Source of the DNA: Vermamoeba vermiformis
Lineage: Eukaryota
DNA length: 64,000 nucleotides
Assembly: GCA_045837725.1 (NCBI GenBank)
Contig: JBEWZL010000076.1
Coordinates: forward strand, 62,001 to 126,000
Direction: 5' to 3'
The stretch's first letter is position 1; each line of letters begins with the position of its first letter. Positions 49,761-61,624 of this stretch are shown here, piece by piece. The translations under genes and the position numbers were made by a program. The notes below the pieces were generated by a model. That model saw only the letters and a list, made by a program, of their open reading frames with translations. It did not search any database and was not told the DNA's origin.

Positions 49761-51075
49761 ATGGCTAATCAAGATCAAGAGATTATCAAGCTGTTGCAAG
49801 CAGTAACAATGCCGAGCAAGAACAGCGACTTTATGTATGTTAGAGATCAAGGCATCTGCGGTTATTTGTGTAGCAATACACTCAATTAATTATAGGAAAT
49901 TTATGCAAGAAGAAGATGATAAAGAACGTAAGGAAAAAGAACAACAGAAGCAAGAGTAAGTCAATGGCAATTTAAAATAATATTTAAAAATCGTCAGAAA
50001 TTACCAGACGACTGAAAAAATCATATTTATAGCACTAATATTGTATTTGAATTTACAGTGACTTGGGCGCATTGCCCCCGCAATTAAAAATGAAGATCTT
50101 GTCGTTTTTGGATCAAAAGACAGTTGAAGATTCTGTCAAAGCTCAAAAATACGAGTTATTGCCTGCTGTTAAGTACGTCAATATTAAATACGATACTAGT
50201 ACCAGATTTCCTGAATTAACCTTCTCTGAATTAAAGATTTACTCCGTTCATGAAACCGGATGCCAAACTCAAATTTTTTTCTATGGAAGATGTCTTAGCA
50301 CTAGAGAATAAGGGCTATTTTATTAAGGACAATTTTCTCAAGTCTCCCGAGCTTCTGGACAAAATTATCGAAGAGGTGAGTATGCGCAGATCCGGGTCTT
50401 CATAACAATTTTCTAACATTAAGTGAATAGTCCAACAAACTATATGACGACGGTATATTGTACCAGGCAGGCATGAACAAAGGACAAGGTCATTGGACTG
50501 ATAATAGCATTAGAGGCGATTATATTGCGTGGCTAAATGACCCGATCAAAAATCAGGTTCGTTACAAAAGCATATAAATTTTATTTCAAGTATTAATCTT
50601 ATTTATATATAGGTCTTATGTCCTAATGTACACACTTTGGTCGAGAAGATCAACGAGCTGCGCGACGATTTAAACGAGACTTGCAATTTTCAATGCAACA
50701 AACACCAAGTACGTTGCTGGATTGGATCCAGACCAAGATTAACATTATTGTTAGATTAACAATAATAAGACTTCGACTAATATGTTAATATTATTATAGG
50801 TGCAACTAGCGTGCTATCCGGGTAACAACACTCGTTACGTTCGTCACTTGGATGCGTTCGTTGGTGGATCGCACCGCAGAATCACGTGCATTTACTACTG
50901 CAACAAGAATTGGAAGCCAGACCATGGTGGATGTGTGCGTCTATTTTTAGAAGATGGACCAATCGACGTTGAGCCTATTGCGGATCGGTTGTTGGTGTTC
51001 CAAAGCAGATTGATTGAGCATGAAGTGCTAGCAACCACGGCAAAGAGGTTTGCTATTACTACCTTCTTTTACTAA
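49761..51075 (+). CDS. phyA: EGLN/PHD-type 2OG-Fe(II) prolyl 4-hydroxylase, likely orthologue of the Skp1 hydroxylase PhyA
   Basis: ENKGYFIKDNFL, AGMNKG..WTDNSIRGDYIAW, QLACYP..RYVRHLD, RRITCIYY, EPIADRLLVF, EHEV, RFAITTF; closely follows my recollection of Dictyostelium PhyA. Confidence 0.82.
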
Positions 51076-51223
51076 ATAAAGGTGCGTATTAGGTTTAAAT
51101 AATATATGAATGCTATTTAATTTAAGCGAGATAGCTTTAACAATAACAACTAGAATACGGGCATGTTTCAATCAAAAGGTACTTTCCCAAGGGTTACTCG
51201 TACACGTTGCTAAGCTTAAGGGG

Positions 51224-51339
51224 TTGGCAAAAGTAAGCCCTGGTTGATTGCCACGTGATCGTGTTCGCGACGAAGGAAATGTTGGCTACAAGTAAGCCCT
51301 GGTTGACAGTCGCGCGACGTGAAAAAAGGAAATTTGGCA
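51224..51339 (+). repeat. Imperfect tandem duplication (about 59-bp period) upstream of the gag-like ORF
   Basis: AAGTAAGCCCTGGTTGA at 51231 and 51290, each unit starting TTGGC and ending AAGGAAAT. Confidence 0.7.
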
Positions 51340-51479
51340 ATTGCCAAAAATAGTTTTTCTTTCAAACTTAAACCACGAGCCAACACTACTGCTCGTTACT
51401 GTATATTCTTTTTTCTAGCTAGTTCATTTAACTTCTTTCAATCGTTGCGATCATTTTTGCAGTGGTGTCGAATCTAATC

Positions 51480-52992
51480 ATGACATCGAGAAAAGAGAGA
51501 GAGAGAAAACGGACGACCTTTGAAACTTTAGAAACAATTATTGGTGCTGTCAACCCTGCATCCCCTGCGAACTTGGCGTGTTTCTCGTTCATCGCCAAGT
51601 GGAGAGAGATCCAGACTGCCAAAACTGTCTCTGAAATTCAATCCTTGCTCACTCTCGCTCTGGCCTGTGTGGTTATCGATGGCGAAATATTGGAGAGCTC
51701 AACGGTCCCTACTGACGCCGAGAAAGTCTCGATTTTCTTGGATATCTCAGATTTTGAATCCGAGTTGGCGGCTGGCTTTCGCGAGAATGGTCATCTCGAT
51801 AGCTTCAAGGCCACTGTAGCTCCACTCATTGCTTCTGGCGTGCAACCAGTACGTCCAGTCCGTAACCTTAACCAAAGGGTTGATAGCGTAGATCCGTCGC
51901 GCCTCCAGTCGTTACGTCAACAGGACCCTGACACCTATACCGCCATCACTCAGTACGCACCAAGACAGCGAGTTGCCCCGCCAGCGCCGGCAGTGCAACC
52001 ACCGCCTCGGCGATTCGTCTCGGAACCCCTCTCCGGCATCACTCAGCCAAAGGCCACGCCTCTTGTGTTCGCTACGCCCGTCTCAACTGATCCCTTGAAC
52101 ACGACATCAGTCTACCTGCCACGTTTCTTCACGAGTTATCGTGATTTCGAGACCGGTCGATTGCCTAGCAACTTTCAGGAGTACTCCGTGGCCTCACATA
52201 ACATTATGCCACTCTTGCAGGCCGAACAACCGTCCTTCAGCATTACAGACTACATTGCGTACCTGGCGTACATCGCAGGCATGACATCTAACCAGTCTCA
52301 TGGAGTTCGATGAGGCCTTCAGGGCTGGCGTCGCGGTCGGTTTGTACACCTGGAAAACGAACGCAACATCGTTGGAACGCATCAAGTTGGTTTATCGGGC
52401 CCCTGATTGTGAGACCTATAAATCAGAGTCCGGCGCTACCGTCAGAAAGGTTCCCCGCAAGTCCAGCAACCCTTGCGACAATTGGAACACCGATGGCAAT
52501 TGCCGTCACGCGCGTCGCCCTGGAGGCTGCAAGTACAGGCATGTCTGTGCAAAGTGCTACAGTACCGACCACTACATGGCAATAGGACACCCCGACGAGC
52601 AGTTGATCCTCTTCGGATCAGCTCCAAAGGTCAGTGCAAAGCGACGAAAAGTACAAAGGCCATTGGACCAAGCGCCTGAAGAAACTACCTTGCCCCATCC
52701 TGTTCCTCAAGGTAGTGAGACAGCTGGGCCCGAAAAAGACCAATTGTTGAAAGAAACTGAAAAACCGAATCCAGTACAAACAGATGAGGCAGAGAACAGA
52801 GCCTACCATGGCATGTCTTACTTAACAGGAAAACACAACTGCTCCATCAGTGCCACCGGATACTGCGAATACATTTTCAAAGCTCCAAATGGCAGCGAGA
52901 TCCACTGGTCAGAAGGGCGCGCACACTACATTCAAGCTCACAACCTAACAACCAAAGAATTCCTCGATTTTATGATGAATTCTGATAAATAA
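51480..52992 (+). mobile_element. DIRS/Ngaro-like tyrosine-recombinase retrotransposon gag remnant (frameshifted ORFs 51480-52313 and 52300-52992); no RT or YR in the window
   Basis: Intronless and GC-richer than the flanks; YLAYIAGM...EFDEAFR and CDNWN..GNC..C.YRH.C..C...DH, a tandem zinc-finger motif typical of DIRS/Ngaro ORF1. Confidence 0.65.
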
Positions 52993-53008
52993 ATAACGTA
53001 TATTTGTT

Positions 53009-54596
53009 TTATTTGCTACTATAAGCGTTAGCAATATCTTTTTGCATCGATTTCGGGAAGTCCCCGATCGGCCTTAATTTCGGGTACTTATTCCACGCCT
53101 CTTCAAAGAACTTAGTCGTGATCTCCATCATCGCTTCGAACGACGAAGGCTTCCAATTTAATTCTTTAAGCGCTTTGTCGATAGTAATAGGCCCGAAATC
53201 AACGCTAGGTAAGAACTCTGGAAACCATTCTTTTTTGCGATCTTGGATCTGGATGTTTGGCTTATTAATGCCTAAATACTTAGCCATAGACTCTAAGTAT
53301 TGTACTAATGTCGGTTTTTCTTCCTAATAACGCGAAATAAGTCATTTAAATCGAAATTTCGGATCGGATCTGCGCTTACATGAGCAATATTGTAGAACTG
53401 ACCGAATGTCTTAGCTCCTGCTTCATAAATTGCCAAAATAGCTGAGCTAACCTAAATATATATCATATTGTTATTCGCTAACTTTGCCACCGATCATGAA
53501 AAAAATTAAAAAGCGGATCTGCCTTGGAAATTTCTAATCCTTACGTCATGCGAGAATACAAAGCTCAATCTTCTAGTCTGCAGAGGTATATCAACTAGTA
53601 CTGGATGAGCTTCATGCACTTTAAGCCACACTTGGTACATCCAATGTCGATCTAAATTGTCGTACGGACCTTCCACATCCGGCAAACGAACTCTAGAATA
53701 ATGTTATGAGCCTATATTAGTAACTATTATTATACACATACGCAGTGAATGGAAATCCTAATTCTTTGTGCACTTTCGTCAAATATTCTTCGCAGCAAAG
53801 TTTGTGGTGCCCGTAGCTGTCTTTTTCTTTCATTTTTTCAACGCCTTCGGCAGTCTATATACTATAATTAGTATATAAGGTTCATATACATATGTTAATC
53901 AGAACCGTACGTTTGGTCGGACTGCATCTTGCTCGGATCTAGGTTCGTTTGGATTTGCTGGATCTTTTGAAACGTTGTAAACTGAATCAGTTGAGATAAA
54001 TACGTAGTGCTTGATCTTTCCATTAAGTGCCTCGACTAGTGGCTACACGCATATTATTAATATCAATCGGTGACTGGAAATTTATTGGATGCAGTTTCGT
54101 ACCTTCAAATGTTTTTCTTTGTAAGCGCAATAATCGACTACCAAATCCCATTCCCCTGATTCCGATAAAATTTTACCAAAATTGGCGCTGTATAAAGCAT
54201 TAGAAAAAGCTGTAGAAAAATTTTGGTTTTGGCTTACTCAGTTCGATCGGCAATGATTCTCTTGACTTTGTCACCAAAGAGATTTGGCTCCTAAATTATT
54301 TAATTTAATTAATAAACTATCATCAGGCATTAGTATCAATACAGCTTTAAGCTTCAATAGCCAAAGATCTGTAGTTTACATCCAAAAAAAAATAATAAAA
54401 ATCTAAAATAATAGCCAGGATTGAAAATACCTTCTATTATTATTACAGATTGAAATATATATTTATTATAATTTTAACTTACCTCCCAATAGACACGACC
54501 TCGGTTCAAAAGTGTCACATCCGCACCTCGTTCCAGCAATGTGGTAACAAAGTGTCGACCCATAAAATGAGTGCCCCCTATTACTAATACTCGCAT
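53009..54596 (-). CDS. NAD-dependent epimerase/dehydratase-like (extended SDR) protein
   Basis: MRVLVIGGTHFMG..LLNRG, WDLVVDY, HYVFISTDSVY, YGHHKLCCEE, RLPDVEGPYD. Confidence 0.88.
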
Positions 54597-54772
54597 GATT
54601 GTTGTGGTGTTGTGCTTTAGTATTAAATTGGTTGTAAAAAACTTTCCAGCTAAAATTCGAACATAATGCGCATAAGGATTGACCAAAATAGGCAATATTT
54701 CGTATTTTTATTACTTTTTACTGCGCGACATAAGATTATATGTGATTTGGGCAGTACAAGTTGTAATTTTTT

Positions 54773-57700
54773 TTACATACGCTCTTGAGGGTTCAAGCCC
54801 ATCAAGACCAAACCGTTGTGAAGTACGATACGAGCAGCCCAGAACAACAAGGCACGAGCTTCAGCGAGCTTTTGTTCTTGGCCCTTGACGTACAAGTGTT
54901 GATGAGCAGCAGAGATCGTGGCTGACAGATCGAACAAGTAAGTCACCAAAGTGCTGGGCTCGAGGTTCTTCAAGCACAAGTGCAAGACCTCGGGGTAACG
55001 AGCGATTTGAACGGCCAAGTTGAGGGCTTCTTTTTCCTATAAAACCAACCCAATCAGTATCAGTACTTGATTAGATCAGGAAGTGGATCGCATCCGTGAT
55101 TTGTGTTCTCAATAACAAGTCTATATATTCTCTATATGCGCGGTACTTACTTGCAAGAGGCTGAAGTCGACGTCTCCGTGAATCTTAATCTCCTTGTTCT
55201 TGTCCTCCATCGAGCACAGACGAGCGTGCGCGTATTGAAGATAAGGTCCAGTGTGGCCTTCGAACTCAGTGATACGATCCCAAGAGAACTATAATAACAG
55301 TATTATAAGTATATGGATACTAAGTACCGGGTGCTATATTGCGGTACTTACGTCGTAGTCCTTGATACGCTTGGCACCAAGATCTTGAATGACGACAGCG
55401 GACAAACCAATCTCATCGGCAGTCTAATACAGCACCATATTAGTACTAATGAATTGAATGTTTATGATAGTATTAACGTACCTTCTCGGGGTTTTCAATC
55501 TCCTTCAACTTGCCCTTGGTGTCAGCCTTCATCTTCTCGAGCATGATTTCCTTGGCCTCGTTCAACATGTCCTCCAAGAAGACGACAGTACCCTTACGTG
55601 TGCTCATGCCCTTGACCATACCGAAGTTAATGTGCTCGCACTTGTTGACCCAATCGTAGCCCATCAACTCGAGCAACTTGAACACTTGACGGAAGTGCAG
55701 ATCTTGTTGAGCAGCGACGACGTAGAACATCTTGTCGAAGTGGTACTCGTTTTGACGAGTGGCAGCAGCTACATAAATACGTTAGTAGCTGCTTTTGAAA
55801 ACGTTTTGCAAGCGGATCTACGTACCACCAAGGTCACGAGTGATGTAGAGAGTAGTTCCGTCCTTCTTTTGAATGACAGTGGAGGGGAGCTTGAACTTGG
55901 ACAAATCGACGATGAAGCCACCCTTCTCACTCTCAGTCAAGAGCGCCTTCTCCTTCAACGTGTCGAGGGCCTTGATGCTAGCTTCAGTTTGGAAGGACTC
56001 ACCGCTGTAGACGTCAAAGTGGACGTTCAAACGACTGCAAAGCGAAAATGAGTTAATTAAAGTGTTATATTAACATAGAATAAGGAATAAAATTGTCGCG
56101 GTAGAAAAAAAAATTAAAGGGCAATGTTCAGAGTGATTTCTGCATTTGACCGTCATATATTTTATACGGCAAAATTGTGTCTTCATGCTTGCCCGCGTAT
56201 TAGCATCAATATCAATGTTAGTCTCAACACGACTAAACAACAGACGATGCAAAATTAATCAACTTTGATAGATATCGATACCGCTAGATCACCACGCAAT
56301 TTCATGTGGGACATCCAACCCAAAGTCACAACATATCATATACTCGCTACTTACGCGTAAATCTTCTTGTATTCTTCGATAGACATGTCACGGAACTTGC
56401 GCCACAAAGCCAAGGCTTCCTCGTCGCCTAGTGTCAAAAAACACTTTAGTCAAACTTTGCCCTTGTCTAGCACGTGCAAAAACACCGTGTCGAATACTAA
56501 CAATACGACTACTTACCATCCTCCATACGCTTGAAGTAGGCACGAGCTTGGTCGTGGATCTCAGGTTCCTTCTCGGCGTCAGCATTGATCTTCACGTAAA
56601 TGTCAAACAAGTGACGAATCGGGTTCTTTTGAAGTTCTTCTTCTTTGCCGTAACGAGCAAAAGCAACGGCCAAGATACCTAGGGATTACCATATTTAGTA
56701 ATAGGTTCAGAATTGATCAAAGTGCTCGAGTAACGAAGAATTAATTTTGCTGCAATATTGTTATAATAACCAGCAAATACCACTATTATTAATAATATAT
56801 TATACATGGCTGTATTATACGTACCGTATTGTTTACCCCAATCTCCGAGGTAGTTGATGGAAGTCACATCTGCTCCCAAAGTCTTGTACACGTTCTTGAT
56901 CCAGTTACCAATAATAGTTGAACGCAAATGTCCGGCGTGGAAGGGCTTAGCAATGTTCGGCGAAGAGTATTCTACGATGATCTTCTTGCCCTTGAACTCG
57001 TCGCTGCATCCGTAGTTCTCCTTCATGTTCCAGACTTTACCGAGAGTCAACTCAAAGAATTTTCCCTTATTTGGTGCAAAATTGAGCAGAACGAGCTTGC
57101 GCTTGCCTTGCTCGAGTTCCATCTTGACGACTGCGGCCAAGTACTCGTCGGGTTTAAACTGCAACAAAAATATTTAGTATTGATTGCATTATTTATAATT
57201 ATTATTTAGAATATTACTATTATCTTGAGCATTATTGTTATTATTAGGATATTAAAGAATTAATTTTGTATTTGACAGTATCACAAGTTGCGATCAGCGC
57301 TTCTCCCACCGTTTTCAAACACTGCTTACCTTTGAAACATATTCGTCGGCAACTGTTTCTTCAATTTTGAATTTCTACAAATAGAACAACATGTTAGAAT
57401 CAATTTAAGACCAACCAAGAGCAAATCTAGATGCGCTGCAACCGTTTTGACTCATTAATTAATATCGAATTTTGATAATTTGCGTATTTTCATTAAATAT
57501 ATTTGGATAATTTCTGTTGGCGATAGAATGCAAATTAAAAATAATTTAAAAATGTTCAAAACAACGATCCACAAGATCAAAATTACTCTTGCTTATTTAT
57601 CGCTCCAACGCACCTTTAACTTAGGCAATGCCAAAGAGAATAAATAGTCGTCACTTTTAGATTCGTCAAACATCGGCAAGAGCTGATCAGCCGGCACATT

Positions 57701-57799
57701 TGCGATGGTGCTAAGTTGTTTGGCAAAAGCCTCTTTAAAGATGCTTAAAACGCTTTTATATTGTTCAGATACTTGACTTTCAGGTTGATTCTTCTCCAT
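54773..57799 (-). CDS. RARS: Arginyl-tRNA synthetase
   Basis: [69 protein letters not shown]. Confidence 0.98.
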
Positions 57800-58336
57800 T
57801 TTTTGTCTGTGTTGTGTGTGATCTGAATTAATCAAGCGAAATGACTTTTTTTGAGCCTAACTTCAATGCCGTCCTCTGAGAATTATAACAGAATTCGTTT
57901 TTTTCGCCCATTCTTCCTTAAAAACCTCCTTGTAGGCAAAGAAGAGCGCGTTTGAACTTCACAATCAAAGTTGCGATTTAACGAAGAAAGTTGTACGAGT
58001 CTCGGTACTCTGTAAGCAGCAGTCACTAGATCCGCTACGCCACTCGAAAAAGAAATGAATATTATCCTTTATGGGTGTACGGTCTTTTTTGCAGTGGTTT
58101 GTTCTTCACTTCGGTGCATGTCTTCAAACGCCTCAGGTGGTGTACCAATCCACACGTCGTTGACTGGTCCACTTGATTAGGCTCAAATTAGGCTCGATAA
58201 AATGCAGTACCAGGGTAGACTCTCTTCTAGCGTGGATTTCTAATCCATTTCGCGAAAACTGCAAACACGAGAAACAAATTTTTGGCTAGTCACTCAACTT
58301 CTCGCTGCAAGCAACAACACAAACAACACTTAATTA

Positions 58337-58579
58337 ATGCCGTCTACTTCCTACTCCGCACCCTCTTCCTCTTGCGCAACGATTCCCAGCCAACCAGCCA
58401 CCGACAAACTCTACCTCGATGTCACAGCGCCCGAAACAGTCGATGATGTGTTAGCTTACGCTGGTATTTATAACCACGACAACAACATTCCCAAAGTTGA
58501 TTGCCGCTTGACCAGGCTCAGTTCAGGCTCGATAAAACACGGACCAGCGGGAGGGATAGTACGCGACACTAACTTGTGA
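58337..58579 (+). CDS. Possible small orphan protein (80 aa)
   Basis: ATG preceded by a CAA-rich leader like those of other genes here, AATAAA downstream; no recognisable domain. Confidence 0.3.
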   Translation: MPSTSYSAPSSSCATIPSQPATDKLYLDVTAPETVDDVLAYAGIYNHDNNIPKVDCRLTRLSSGSIKHGPAGGIVRDTNL

Positions 58580-59334
58580 ATTTAACGTTGTAAAAAATAA
58601 ATCTGAAGCATGTATATTTAAGATTAATAGGAAGTCGATTACCGATCCAACGGAAAAGCTTCGAAGCATAGATCTGATCCCGGGACAAGTGGCGAAAGTT
58701 AGCTGTGTATCTCGTAATTCAATAATCGTGCATAGTTGAAATTATTGCACCCGCGCAAACATGTGACAGAGGAGCTTCAAAAAAATAAACTGTCCAATCT
58801 GGATCTGGTTGGTGCTGTGATAAACGGAACACCTATAAAAATGATGGTAATTTTATGGATTTTTTAGCGTTCTTCGCGTCCAAGTTGAGTAGACAGCAGC
58901 TTTGGATGCACAGAAAGATTTTTAACTTGTCAACATTGTGACGTCGCTGACACGCAACAAAGATATTTGTCCGTAACCTACCAATGAGTGTTAAAATTAC
59001 TATATCGCGGTTATTAACTATTAAATTGAATTTTACACCAGCGAGACGCGAGTTTGAAATTTAATGGAAACACATCTGCTTCATTTTTCGCTCTGCTGGC
59101 CTGCACTGATTAATTGTATCGGTGGACCGCGAGAATCTTGAATAACAATCCGATGTGAGCCCTAAGAATCCCATTGTCTCGCTTTCTTATTGGTCAGTCC
59201 CCATACCAAAAAAATCCGGCCAAATTTTTCTTCGGAGATTTGGGCCGAAAAAATCGGACCAGAAAAGATTTGTTCACAACCGACAAAAATTTTCATAGTA
59301 TCTTTTTCTCAATACCAAACGCAACAGTTTAAAC

Positions 59335-61345
59335 ATGTCGAATACTCCTTGGGGTGTTAAGTAAGTGTTTCGCTCGAAATTATCGCGTTTCGTGGTCTTT
59401 GAGTTGCTACAACTCCAAATTTCCTTCGTACACGCTCCATCTCAATTTGCTAACTCGGTCTTAATAACAGGAAGACCACTTCTACCGGTGCTCACGTCAC
59501 CAACGTTGGTGGTGCTACTTCCAGCTCTACCCACTCTTACTCAGATGAAGAGAAGGTCGCCTTCACCGACTGGATTAACGACAGTCTCGGCAAGGACGCC
59601 GACCTCAGTAAGTTGCGAGACAATTAGCTAATACTCGAGCTATGCAATATTCAATTTTTCGCACTGGATTTGGTCAAATATCTCGCGAAAGATTTTTTTC
59701 GGTCATCTATTTTTGGTTTTTCAATAACTAATAATTAAAATTCAGAGAGCACCCTCCCCATCTCTTCTGAAGGTGATGGTCTCTTCCGTGCTGTGCACGA
59801 CGGTATCCTTATGTGGTAAGTTGAGTTTTGTGGCCGTTACGGAAATTTTTCAAGATGAGGAATAATTCCATACTTATTTATTTTTATTTAGCAAATTGAT
59901 CAACGACGCCGTCCCCGATACTATCGACGAGCGTGTCATCAACAAGGGCAAGCTTAACGTTTACAAAATTGGTGAGAACCAAACCCTTGTTTTGAACTCT
60001 GCTAAATCCATTGGTTGCAACGTCGTCAACATTGGTGGTCAAGATTTGATTGACGGTACTGAACACTTGGTGTTGGGTTTGATCTGGCAAATCGTCAAGG
60101 TAAATTTTTTAAATTTTAAAAATATTTTTCGGATGCACGCCGAAAAATCTTCGATAAAAGTTGTAATGTGTACTAACCCGAGAATATTAGATTGGTTTGC
60201 TCTCCAAGATTAACTTGAAGAACCACCCTGAGTTGTACCGCCTCTTGGAACCCGGAGAGACCATTGAGGATCTCTTGAAGTTGCCCGCTGAGCAGATCTT
60301 GCTCCGTTGGTTCAACTACCAATTGAAGCAAGCTGGCTCCAACAAGAGAGTCAACAACTTCTCTGGTGATATCAAGGACTCTGAAGCCTACACCATCCTT
60401 TTGAAGCAGATCGCTCCTAAGGAAGCCGGAGTTGATACTAAGGCCTTGAGCGAGAGCGACGTCAACAAGCGTGCTCGCATGGTCTTGGACAACGCCGACA
60501 AGATTAACTGCAAGAAGTTCGTCAAGCCCAACGACATTGTCAACGGTCACCCCAAGCTCAACCTTGCCTTCGTTGCCAACTTGTTCAACAACTACCCCGC
60601 CCTCGAGCCCATCGAGACTCCTGTTGAGGTCATCGAAGAGACTCGTGAAGAGAAGACTTTCAGAAACTGGATGAACTCTTTGGGTGTCAACCCCTTCGTC
60701 AACCACTTGTACGAAGATCTCCGCGACGGTTTGGTCTTGCTCCAATTGTTCGACAAGATCCAACCCGGAATTGTCGACTGGAAGAAGGTCAACCAACCCC
60801 CATGGAAGGCTATGGGTGGTAACATGAAGAAGTTGGAGAACTGCAACTACTGCATTGAACTCGGCAAGCAATTGAAGTTCTCTTTGGTCGGCATTCAAGG
60901 CAAGGACATCAACGACGCCAACAAGACTTTGACTTTGGGTCTCGTCTGGCAAATGATGCGCGCTTACGTCTTGCAAGTTTTGACCAACTTGTCCAAGACT
61001 GGCGAGCGTATCACTGATAACGAAATTATTGCTTGGGCCAACAACAAGTACTCTAGCGCTGGCAAGAGCTCTAAGATTTCTGGCTGGAAGGACCAATCCA
61101 TCACCACTTCTTTGCCCATCGTCGATCTCGTCGATGCCATCCGCCCTGGCTCTGTTGACTACTCTTTGATTCACCAATCTAGCGACGAGAAGTCCTTGTT
61201 GGAGAACGCCAAGTACGCCGTTTCTGCTGCCCGTAAGATCGGTGCCGTCGTCTTTGCTTTGCCTGAAGACGTCGTCGAATCCAAGCCCAAGATGATCTTG
61301 ACCATCTTCGCTGCTTTGATGGCTGCTGACCTCGAACAACACTAA
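59335..61345 (+). CDS. Fimbrin/plastin (four CH domains) with no EF-hand headpiece
   Basis: [71 protein letters not shown]; strong codon bias. Confidence 0.96.
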
Positions 61346-61624
61346 ACACCTTATTTAATTAATGCTATTGATTATTACCAATTCCATCCTCGAATAGAAT
61401 GGTATCAAGAGCAGATGTACATTTTACCTAAACACACCAAAAGTGTAAATTAAATGGGACAAAAATAAAAAAATATTCCCAAATAACAAACCTTAGTAAA
61501 GTTGCTTCTTCTGGATGGACCGCAGTAACGCACGAGCGACACTAGCGTTAATAACAATTTTATTTTAAGAAATACAATAAATATGAGCAAACGATGCGAG
61601 ATCGAGTGCCAATAAGCACTACGC

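Noticed and set aside
13042-51075. Apparent clustering of ubiquitin-system genes (F-box, MARCH, Josephin, RINGs, PhyA)
   Set aside because: These families are large in amoebae and the genes are interspersed with unrelated ones; no evidence for a functional cluster.
55458-56051. 197-aa plus-strand ORF
   Set aside because: Antisense to ArgRS exons.
60173-61342. 389-aa minus-strand ORF
   Set aside because: It is the antisense shadow of the codon-biased fimbrin exon; there is no independent coding signal.
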